Shown piece after piece: positions 1-12,600 of a stretch of DNA of 64,000 nucleotides. Made by a program: the position numbers and the translations under genes. This DNA is from Mytilus californianus (taxonomy: Eukaryota), in the NCBI RefSeq assembly GCF_021869535.1, contig NW_026262593.1, forward strand, positions 6,138,001 to 6,202,000, written 5' to 3'. A model generated the notes under the pieces. The model did not search any database, was not told the origin of the DNA, and was given only the letters and a program-made list of their open reading frames with translations. How positions within the stretch are numbered: position 1 is the first letter of the stretch; each line of letters begins with the position of its first letter.

Positions 1-471
1 TTTTTAGTATTGCAAAACCTGATACTGTCGCATTTTTTGCATCACTAAAAACATTGCAATATTTTCTGAATTTACAGTATTAAAAACCTCAGTTTTGTAT
101 TGGTGACTAAGGATGCACATACAAAATTTGTTAACACTGATCTTATTTATTTATATCATGTTACCTTGTATGTACTGTTCCTGTTAGTTTACAATCATTT
201 TGTTCAAGAAAAAATTCTTTTATGAAGAGTTTTGTGTTTTGCCTTTAAATCAGTCATATTTATTTCAAATAGTGTTAAGGCAAGAACATGAACTTTGTGG
301 AATTGTGCTTTAATTTGTAAAGATTTAAACCTTGCAGGTATAGTTTATGACATACTGTATTTTCAAACTGCAAAATTTGCAAGTTGCATAAAATATACAC
401 AACAAAAAAAAATATTGGTTTCAAAAACTTGATATAACACCTAAAATATTATATACATCATTATTTAACAG

Positions 472-635
472 ATAGGGGTACACAATGGTTGGTGTTATTT
501 GTCCAAACCAGAACTTCATCACTTGGATGTATGGAGTGAGGGGAACAAAGTACTGAAACCACAGGCTAGTCCTAGTATGAGAAGAAGTCAGAAATACATG
601 TCAACTTCAGTCAGATCATTAAATGGGGCTGTTAG
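472..635 (+). CDS. NPHP4: NPHP4 exon w1 (IGVHNGWCYLSKPELHH...SLNGAV)
   Basis: ttaacag acceptor, ag|gtatgg donor, phase 0 to 2; IGVHNG motif. Confidence 0.9.
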
Positions 636-3600
636 GTATGGTAGATTAATAAATCATTTCTCTTGAATAAATGTTTTAATTTCATTTGCATAAAAAAACT
701 CATTGAAATGTGTTTTTAAAACTTATAAAACAGTCCATTAGGATTGAAAAATATATGTCCTCACAAAAAATCCACACCACATTTGTCGGTGTGATATATA
801 CATGTATATCAATAAGTGTTCTGTACGTTGGGTTGTTGTCATATTGGCAATCCTACCACATCTGTTTATTTTAAACATAAAGACAGCCAGTAAGAGATGT
901 ATGCATCTTTAAAAAAATTTCAGAGATCAAATATTTGACATCTAAAGAGCGGAATGTCAGTTTTCTCATATCCCTATCAACATACAAAAATTTCATTCAA
1001 AGGATAAGTTATATATGCAATAGCCCTCAAAAAAATATTCCGTATTTCCTTTCAACCCCAGTTTATATGTTTTTGAAATAGAAAAGCAGTCTTATTATAA
1101 ATGTCAGAAGACAAAATTTAGGACAGAAAATAGATGGTTCCCAATAAATACTTGTAGTTTAGTAGGGTGCGCAGTCAACAAATTTTATCGATTTGGGTTA
1201 ACGAAATAACGCACGGCTGTATTTGATATCATTGGAAAGAGGAGAACAAGCCTCATCAAAATATTGATGTCGTCGTTGTCTACAGTGGTCACAATTTTCG
1301 TAAATTTGGGTCAAAGGTCAAAGCTAAAATTTTAAGGAAAATGCAGAGTCATGTTTAGACAGCTGTTCGCCCTTACATATATGCGTTTATAGCAAAATAA
1401 ATTTGAATAATTCAAAGTATTATAACTATAGTTTCTATAGTTATGACTAATTTGATATTTATGTTGCCAAATATGGTTCGAGATTGACATTTGTACTAAT
1501 TAGGGTGTACATTTACAATTATCATTCAGCTGTTAAACAGCACTGACCTTGACCTATTAAAATTTCCAAATTCAGAATTTTTTCATAAGATTCAATACAA
1601 GTGATCATTTTTGTTGTCTTTCACACCAAGGGGGGTTTAGGTCCAAAACATCATGCAAGACCATAACATAGACTTGATGTGCCATATTCGGGATGTGTTA
1701 CGAAACTGATCGATTTGATTCTTATACTACAATTATAACAAACATATCTTATCAATAGATAGTTGAAAGTATTAAAAAACAGACAAAAACATATTCGTCC
1801 GAAGAAAATAATAATTTACAAAGTTAGCTGGCTATTCAAAACAAATGAATCAACCACACAACAAGCAAAAATGAGAAATGTAATGAGTGACCACTGTCCT
1901 TGTTAATGACCTAATAGTGTAAGCAACAAAATGATTGATGTCACGGGATAACCCATGTTTAATCTTTGCCAAAATGTTGACTTAATTTGTGTTTTTAATT
2001 GCTAATTTCTTCAGAAATTTAGAAAATCGTGACCATGGAAACTTACAACGACAATCATGATTGTAAAATATAATGATTTTCCTATAATTTGCAAACAAAA
2101 ATAGCTGTGTGTTATCTGTTAACTTAAACTTGTTAACTAGAGGACTTTTTGGACACTGGGCACCCTACTATTTGTGTATACACATGAAGAATGTCATTGT
2201 GATGAACTGTAATCATTGTGTACAATTGTGTAGTGTTATTCATTATGATAATTTCCTTTGCAGTCAACATGGTCAAGGTACAATGCTTGTGTTAAAGAAC
2301 AGATTAGAGATTTGTGAGTTATTGGAAGATCCTATGTTGTCACTGGTGTTTACATTGGAGTATGTTATTGGTGAACCTATCTCTCAGGAGGAAAGAAAGG
2401 TAATTCCATCAATAGCTATGAATAAAAGGTGATGTAGGATAAACTTCATCAATAAACAGGTGTCAATCAAATATGTCAAGATCTAAATTGCTCCAAGTCT
2501 GAAATTGTTGTTAGCCAATTCAATTTTTATCAAAGCTCTGCAACAAAATTTCCTAAAGAAAAAATAACATTATAAATGCAACCGCTTATTTTGGCAATTA
2601 AAAATACATTGCAAAAATGTTCTCATTGCCTTAAGTTTACCTTTACTGAAGATCAGAACTAGGATCAAAAATTGATTGCAAAAATGAAACCTCGCCAACA
2701 GGTTAATTTCGAGAAATTGTAAGATTGAAATTCTGTGAAAACCCACATTGTAATAATACTTATACATGTAGATCAGCTGATCTTGAATACTTTAACAAAT
2801 AAACAAAGTTTTACACAGTCAGTTAAAATAAATATTAACCTTCACCTCTCCATTGTTCTCTTTCAGATGTATAGTAGCCTCAGCAGAGGTAATTCTCGTA
2901 TTGTAGCACTACGTTGGTGTGCCTGGAATCCGTTCCTACATCCTAACCAGGAGAATATTAGTATATCATTGATGGGTGGAGCTGTCCCTAATCCCAACGA
3001 TGATCTAACTTATAAACTACCAGATACTAAAATGCAAGACGCTGATGCTGGGAAACATGCTGGTGGATCTATTAACTTCTACTGGAAATGCTCAATGGTT
3101 GGTATTGCAGTTTTAAGATAAATCTGGTTACATTTAATAGCATAGACGCTATCTCCTAGATACCTTTCCATGTTGAACAATATGTTACGTAGCTATCTTA
3201 TCAAAATGACATCAAAAGTAATAACCTATCTGACGTTACCTTTAAAGTCTCTAGATAGAATGAATATTATTTGCCATCTTGATCTATTTATCTATTTAGC
3301 ACTCGGCTAGCTATAAGTTTAGAAGTTAAAATCTAAATAGCCCTATATGGTGCCTACAATTTTGAATGCAGCCCAGATTTACCTTAAATACCTGAAATGA
3401 ATTATCAATGCTTAATTGTTGCTGTTGAATTCTCAGCATTCTTTAAATTGTGATTACATATATGATACAATTTATTCTGTGTTGGTTATTACATTATGAT
3501 AAATGCTTTGAAACTCATAATATTCTTATTTTTAATTATGGTCATCCATATAAATTGAATTACATACCTGCCAACCTCCTGTTTTGAGCGGGAGTCTTCT

Positions 3601-6600
3601 GTGCAAACGAAGAAGTTCCGGAAATCTCCAGCTTGCTGGTCTGCTCTCGCTTTCGGATATTTTTACCTGGAATGACTCTTGTTTGTAGTTCTCTGGTTTT
3701 TTCATTACTGTCAATAGAAATAAATAAACAATCGGCAATCATTTAAAAACTTTGGTCAGTATTTTTTGTGTTCGATTTATAAGTAATCGAAATTCATTTC
3801 TGTTAGGTCAACTCCAACAAGATAGAGGTCTTTGTCTGGACCAATAGGCAGTTTTAAAAAGAAGAAATAGAAAACTGCAAAACGAAATATTAAGCAGACT
3901 GAATGAAAGATTTTCAATTTTTATGACCAAGTTCACTTGGCAATGAATCTTCATTTTGCACATCATGTTCATTCAACTTTTTGGGTTTCTTCTGATGGTC
4001 TGTACGACGTTTGAAAGCATGCTTAGTGTGAGACTCACAACAAAATCAATATATGGAATGTTATGAGTTATGAGACTCAGAGGTATTGAAAAAGGTCAAC
4101 AAAAAAAAACACCTTGTATATATCAAGGCTCACGCTTGCAAGCAACTGGGGCGATAAAGTCGCTTTCGCGTCCATCACTTCACTTTGCCCGACCATCAAA
4201 AGCGAATCTAGTCGCCCTGTTGTTCACCATACTCGCTTTCAGTTGCTTTCGTCATCGGCAATTTTCAATTTTTACCAAGTCGATGAAACATCAATTTTTC
4301 ATTTATAAGTAAAGAAATTAAAAGACATAAATGATTTATTTTCTTCAGAAAAGAAGTTAAAGCGTTGAATTTACAGTTTGTTGTGTGTTATTTCATAAAG
4401 ACAATTTTTTTATCACGTCCGGTTCTTGTTACTCGAGAGCGTACATCAAATCATTCTAATTTTCGGCAAAATAAGTTTGTTACTTCATTAGAATGTGATG
4501 AAAGTTGCCTTCGGTAAATGTATAATCCATTTATTGCATTAGAAACGTCATATTCCTTTCCAAATAGCTTGTCAAACATCGTTTATTTTTGTAAATATTT
4601 TTCGTCCGCCATTGAAATATTAGTACCAACTACAGATAGAAGGCAGGATTCATCCGAAACGGACGAGCTATGACCGAAATCCGTTTTCTTACGTTAATAA
4701 CTACAGACGCACAAATGGCACAACGGACAGAAGATTTACCCATTCCACATGCATAAACAGACTTTTGGTTAGATCTGCTTGATTAATGTATATATTTCAG
4801 TGTATATGCATTGTTTCAATTTATTGATTAAAGTTGCTTCACTCTGGGACTATTACACTAATAAAAATATATTATGTCCCAGCTTAACTTTGTTAAATTT
4901 ATATATCTTTTTAATGAGAAACACTGAATTTCATAAACATGATAAACAAAATAGTTTTTTAATCGAATTGTAATTCATATATTATACTTTCTTTTCTTTT
5001 TTGATATAAAAAAAAATCTTTTTAGTGCTAGATATTTAGTAGGTAGTTTCTGACAAGAGGACTAATATAATTGTGCAATTAGATGTGATAAACTTAAACA
5101 ACTTTGAATTTGAACTGTTACTTTATCGTATACTCAGATCTATATGAATTGAACAATATAAAAAGAAAATAAGATACATATGGCCCTTTATAAAACATTG
5201 TAGCGCCGTGAGCGAATAAGCACTTCTCTTTCAAATCTCACCACTTCTCCCTATCAGTTTCAAAAAGAGAAGTCACTTCTCCCTATGATTCTGAAGTAGT
5301 GTGAGCCCTGATATATTATAACCATGAATTGAAGAAATAAAGTATATTTATCAACTCTTATTGGTGTTTTGTAGATGAATAAGTAAACAGGTCATATATT
5401 TAACTTGAAAATGTCATTTGCGCAAAATCTCCTCCTCAGTTGTCATAGCTGAGGGGGAGATCTCCCTCTTTGAAGGTTTCAGAGGTTGGCAGGTATGAAT
5501 TAAACGAAAATCATCAATGAATAGAAGTTATCATGTACATATAATTTATATTTTCAACAGGATGGCCAGTCCTTGCAGGTGCCCATGGGAGCCCCACACT
5601 TTTTACCAGGGTCTATGCCGTCAGTGAGAAGTGACGATGGAAGTGAGGCATTACCCAGTCCAGATAGCAGCAAGAGGCCACCATCAGGGAGAGTGAAGTA
5701 GGTTTCTTTTAATGCATTTCAGCCCATTATTTTTTAAGTACCGGTACATGCAGTGAAATTATGCATTTGACAATGCTAGGACTTTGTCAATAATAAGACT
5801 TTTAAAATTTACTTTTACTCTCTGGGATTCACGCCAGATGCATGTTTCATATATATAAGAGTCATTTGTTGTGCTCAAATCGAAGCAGTTTGAAGGCCAA
5901 GTCAATTACAAAGTTTAAGATCTTCAAAAAAATTTAAAAACTTGAGCTAAATCTGGCTAAGGTTGACTTTGCTATTATATAGGTAAACAAAATTTTTTAC
6001 AACAGCTGTACAGTAAAAGTTAATGTTATATCAAAAGAATTATAATTTTATGGTTTATATATTTAAAATTATGAACCAGAATAAGATCAGAATTCAAGAA
6101 CATTCGAACAGTAATCAGTAAATAAAAATAACTTGAAATGTATTTTTATACAGATTTTGGCCAGGGTAAAGTTGTTTGTTTTTCCCATGTATATTTTATT
6201 ACTTTGCATGGAATATCATTTTTCATGAGGTTAATGCATTGGTTACCATTGGTTAGTTAGTTACTTCATCGGTTAGTTAGTTACTGCATTTCATTATAGT
6301 TTGGAATCAGAGCATATTATATTAATCACTCTCTGTTTAGTGATGAACTATTTGACTCACATTGAATTACTATGTAGAAGTAACAGCTATGAGTTATTTT
6401 CTTCTAGAAATTGAAATCAGAATAATAGTCCAGAGTATAAATGACCATTTGTATTGTTACAAGGAACTTACACATACATAATAACTTTTAAAAAGATTCA
6501 AATTTTTTTCAGTTTTTTCCAGCAATAAGTTTTAAAATGTAGCAACTTAACAAAAATAATTTTCTGGCAATAAATTTTAAAATACCATACTATCAATTTG

Positions 6601-9600
6601 TATAAGACAGGACAAAAAATAATCTAGAAGTATTATAAAGTAGAAAAAAAAAAACACATTCTCATTTATAGAATTCCTAAACAAAAACTTGACTTGCAGC
6701 AGAAATGTATATATATAAAAAAAAATACTGTTAGAATCAGGACACCTTATTGCTTAAATACCTAAAGAGTAAGCTTATGTCTGCCTGTAGATATTAAGTT
6801 TAAAATACTTCGCTTAATAGGTTAGAAAAAATTATTTATAATATCAATAAGGGAGATAAGTCCTAAATAAGGGAGATAACTCAAAACTGATAAAGTATCT
6901 CCATTACTTTGTTGTGAAGTCAGTGCATAAACAAAATTATGAATTGGATGACAATGAGGTCTGATTAGAGAACATACACCGAATTTTTCCTGGTGACAAT
7001 ATTTATGAAAATTGAAACCCTATTAAACGTAATACATTGTTTGTATCAGAATTAATTATTTGCTTCTGTTCCTCACACAAAAAATGAGCAAAACGTGGCA
7101 CTTCCTGACATAGTCAGTTTTTTCGCTAAAAGTGGTAGGTTATTTTCAGCATAATACATGAAACATTTGATAAGAAACTCTCAAAGAAGCGATAAGAAAT
7201 ACTCAGAGAAGCGATAAAAAAATGTATATTTCAACCAGGAAATGCAAAGTTCCTTTTCAGTCCAATGGCTTTATTGAATAGATTCATTATCATTTGGTGA
7301 ATGACATTTATTAATCAGATTAGCATGGGTAGTACATATGTATCTAGTGTTTGGAAGTGATGTTTTGTTTTACTTAGTTTCTGTATGTAAGTTTAAGGTG
7401 CAACAAAAGGATTAGATATTGGTATATTCACAACAATCAAGCAAGAAATATGCATCTTGATTTAACCATACAATGAGGTTGAAGTCATGAGGTTTTTTTA
7501 CCATTGTAAAACCATTTATAGTAGACAAAATTTATTGTTAAATGAGGCATGATATAGGTTTTTGCTTAAAAAAATTTGTTTGGGCATCTTACAAAATTTA
7601 ACATTTCAATTGTATATACATCAGTCAGAGAAATTAAAATGGAATATTGCATAGTTTATCCTGTAAATTTAGGGAAGTAAAAGAAAGGAAAGGGTAAGGT
7701 TGTTTGTGTGTATGTTTGTTTTGTAGTTTGTTCATTCAATATATAAAATGATATTTTGCCACCCCCTAAAAAATATGGAGAAAGAAAAAAAATAATTAAA
7801 AAAAAACGAAAATAATAGAAAAGTGAATCTAAAATATAATTGAATGAACAGACTCTTTATAGCAGACATAGAACTTTGTGTTTACTTGCATTGCTAGAGT
7901 ATAAACAAAATACATTAACATGTTTGCTTTTTTAAATGCATGTTTTTTTATGTTAACCATAAATTGCATTTTTGCATGCATCAAATGAGAGGAATAAGTA
8001 AAATTAAGTTTCTGAAACAATGTGGTGGAGGAATATCAATTAAAAACAAATAATTTGAATATTTTAATGTGAAACCAGTAACTAATTCTTTGGGAAACAA
8101 GGTATAAATCAATGGAGAGTTTTGTTTATAGCAGCTTATTTTTTAACATTTTACCGGCTAAAAGCTGGATTATGTATGATGATTCATGTCAATAAAATCA
8201 GTTTGTTAATTGTTTATTTTTATTTTGCTAGAATTAAAAATAACTAAAAAAGTTTTGAAAGTTGTGATCACTTAAGCTAATTATGTTAAAGTTGTACAGG
8301 TATATTTGTTTACGTATGACAGTTTGTCAATAAAAGTTTAAATTTGGAAAAGTATTATATGGGAAGTTTTATTATGTTAAATTAATTGTTGAATACAAAG
8401 AAGGAAAGTTTTGGATACAGTGAAAATGAATTTCGGGTAAATGTTGTTTTACATAAGGTTTTTTTTTCAATTTACTTTCATATAGTATAAGTTTGACTTT
8501 TGATATTTGGTTTCAGAAGACACAATACTCTCATGTGTCCTCATCAGTAGTCATTTGGAATTTCTTTTTTAAATAATTCAAGGAAAAATTTTAAAATAAG
8601 GTTAAAAATACAGGTATGAATAGACTGTCATGGCATATAATGAGAGCATTATATTTGAAAATTGACTGATTATTTTTATTTATTTTGTAAAATCTTATGA
8701 ATCATTTACAGTGGGGGTAGACATACAAGTTGGTCCAGTGATACAACAAAAGGATCACATCTCGGAGAGTAAGATGGCCTCCCTTCTCACAAACAAATTC
8801 TTTCACAAGCATGTAACAGAGTTGTCTGATGTTGCTCAACAAATGTTTTTTTAAACCTTATGTCAGAATTATTTAGAATACTCCCAGTTCCAACAAGAAA
8901 TCAACAATTTTGTGAAATAGTTTATTTTTTCAGGTTTTGATAGAAAAAAGTGGTAGAAATAAACATGTTCTTTTGTTTTGGTACAAAGAATAGTATTCAG
9001 TTAATGTTCATGACAAAACTTAATAACTTGTTAATAAGGGGAAGTAATCATATTTCTTTCTATTCACAATAAATAATTCTGGCAAAACCTCATTTGTGTT
9101 GACCATGGATCAGCTTTTTGACAATCTTATCTCCATTATGTAAAAACACGTCATTTCACATACTAGCTTACACATACACTTGATCACTTATTATCCCATG
9201 AACACAGAAAATGCAATTTTATGCCTCACAGTTCTGTGTACAGCCAAGTCATTAACTCTGTACATGTACATGTATGTTTTACATTTGTAAGGTTTGTGAT
9301 TTACATACACATGTGTTACCTTTGTATAAGGTGTTGACATTTACTTCACATGAGAAGGCTCTTGTTTGTTGTTCACGCATCCCTCACCTATCATGCTTTC
9401 ACCTTAATCATTGTTTATTTATTTAATTTATGGTAATTTTACATGTGTATTTGTCACACTTAGTGTCTGCCCTACTCACAATGGTTTCAAGGGTTATTCT
9501 GGAATTTTGGTGAGGTGTTTATTATGGTCAAATAAAGTATTTAGGGTGCTATAAACAGTTTCGTATAAAAAACTAGGGGTTATTCCCCAACTAAAAATAA

Positions 9601-12600
9601 CCATGGAGGGAAATCCCTTTTTATTTACTTAATTGGTGAAAAAGTATCATGTTTTTTGTATTTGATTGTAAAAAATAGTTAATTAGCTTTCAATTAAAAC
9701 AGGTTGAATGATTAAAATAATTTAAAAAATTAGATTAAATACATGTTTTGAGGGGAGACAACACTGTAAACATCCTGTTTTTTTGGCAGTGAAAATTGAA
9801 AACTTATTTGCAGCCACTGTAGCTCTTTTCGAAGCAGGAAACCGTACCCTGAAGGGAGATTTTTTTGAAAGGCCAGGTAAAAACGTATGAATTTCATACA
9901 GTTTTGATTATGTGAAATGTGCCTGCATCATGTCTACATGGGTATGCACATGACCTGATTTCAGGTTTTTTATGTTCAGATTAGGCAGTTTTCCCCCCAT
10001 GTTCTCTGAAAAGAACTTTTTTATTATATTAAAAGTACACTTTATTTTCATTTCATTATAAACTAGAGAAAATTCTGATTCCAGTGATATCTAGTTTTAT
10101 ACAAGTATCTTTATTAACCATTCCACCACTAAGGGTCACATATGCATGGTCCCTCAAAATATGACGTCATCGAAAAAAACTGTTGATTGCACCCTTAAGT
10201 TATATATTTATTAAAAATAGAAAATATTCAACAATGTCTTACATAAATTTTGAAGCTAATTATCACTGATTGGTTGGTATTTATATAACTACAAACTATA
10301 ATTTAAAAAGTTAAAACCATATAAACTTATCGTTGAAACCATTGATGATTTCAGATTGATCTGGCAGTAATTACACATAATGTACACATAAAGTTGGTGT
10401 GGTTTGGTGTGTAATTACTGCCTGATTGATCTGGCAGTAATTACACACTACACCAATTGTATGTGTACATTATGTGTAGAAATTACACACTGAATCTACA
10501 CCATACATCATGCAGGCCATTCATAAACATTGTTCATAGGTATCTTAGTTTGCTGGTGAATGTTATTTGATTAATCGAAACAATGTCATTTATTTTTCAT
10601 TAATTTCATTATAAGATATTTGCATTATTCTGATGTAACTTTTCATTGAATTTCAGGGCTCTCGGTCATAAAATTTTACTCAGTACTCGGAGTACAAAAT
10701 TTGTGCTCGAAACACCAAATCCAGGATTTTGATTGGTTGATTTCCGAGTCTGAGTACGAAAATCTTGCTCGAAAGTTTTATAACCGCAAGGCCTGGTAGT
10801 TATTATGTTATTTCATAATTTGAGTATAAGAACTTTATCATTTTTTATTGTCTCGCCTTGACGGGGTCAAAAAGCGAGACATAGGTATGCTGTTTCTGGC
10901 GACGGCGTTGGCGGCTTCAACAATGTATTAGTTTGTGATTAGGTCAGTTTATGGGGAACCACTAGTGATAAGTCAATGATATTTGGCATGCAGTTGTATA
11001 AGCATTGGAGTATCACATTTCCATGGAGATTATTTGGCTCCTCCCCCTCAGTCATGGTCTATTGACTTTAAAACTTTTGCTTAGTTTACATGTATTAGTT
11101 TGTGATTAGGTCAGTTCAAGGGGAACCACTAGTGGTAAGTCAATGATATTTGGTATGCAGTTGTATAAGCATTGGCATATCTCACTTCCATGGAGAATGT
11201 TTGGTCCCACCCCCGCAGTCATGGTCTATTGACTATGAAACTTTTGCTTAGTTTACATGTATTAGTTTGTGATTAGATCAGTTTAAGATGAACTGCTAAT
11301 GTTAAGTCAATGATATTTGGTATGCAAATTTATTGGCATTTGCAAGTCTCGTTTCCATGGAGATTATATAGCCCCTCCCCTCATCATGGTTCATTGACTT
11401 TGAAACTTTTACATAGTTTACAAGTCAATGTTTGTGTTTAGGTTTGTTGAAAAGGAACGACTTATGATAAGTCTATGGTATTTGGTATGTAGATGGATTA
11501 GCATTGGCACATCTCATTTCCATGGAAATGGTTTTGCCATGTACCTTCAGTCATAGTTCATTGATTGTTTAGCTATGTACCTTCAGTCATGGTTCATCCA
11601 CTTTGAATATTTGCATTACTTATGTGTTAAAGTATTTCTATTTTAATTTCAACATTTGCATTATCAAAATTACAAAAAGGCGAGACATATCTCTGTGATA
11701 ACAGTTTATTTACGTATTCATTTAGTGTATAAACAATGCTATGGACTTTTATCATTTCATTTTCACATTTCATTTAATTTTTCACATATTCACTTGAGAG
11801 ACTTCATGCCATCATCAGTAGATATCATTAGTTGTTTACCTGGTCACCTATCAGTCAATTCATATCTCATTTGATAAATCTTTTATCTTGTGAGCACATC
11901 ATGTACAACTCAACAAAAAGGCATGTATAGCATTCTGTACAATGCTGGGATCTTTAAACATGCTGAAGGTAAAATAAGTTATAACACGCTGAAGGTAAAA
12001 AAAGTTTGAAAAGATTCTAATATATATAGCAAGGTTGTATAGTAAAAGTTTATTTACAGCTAGTAAAATTTGAAAAAAATATGACACTTTTCCTACCAAA
12101 ATTATTTTTGAACTAATTTTGAATTTATCCTCATATAAATAAAAGCAAGATATGGAATGGAGCTAGAAACCCACAAAAGCTAATCAGCAAATGTTATACT
12201 GGGTTCTAAGAGATAAGTTAGGCTGTACGATGCATATATATATCACTCAAATTGATAGAATGCATTTATAAAAACAAAGATACAATTTTGTCTTTTTTAT
12301 TAAACAATATACATCATTTGAATAAATTACTAATCAAATTAAGAAAAGTTGTTCTAATTACAAAAGTTTTTGGTTGACTAGTTGAATATTTTGCCTTCCA
12401 TTTAGTTTCAAATGATAAACAACATCTACATGTATGATGACTTATTTAGAAACACTTATTATCTTATAGATCATTTGCTGGACCTCACTCCCTACAGGTG
12501 CCACAAATCCAGATGCCACAGACATACTACCCTCAAGGCTATCAACCACAGATGCCACAGATGCCACCAATGTATGGAATGGCACCCCATACATATATGC

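Noticed and set aside
2109-3121. Track ORFs 2109-2432 and 2735-3121 (and 35691-36221) as complete genes
   Set aside because: They are single exons with intronic read-in from spurious starts.
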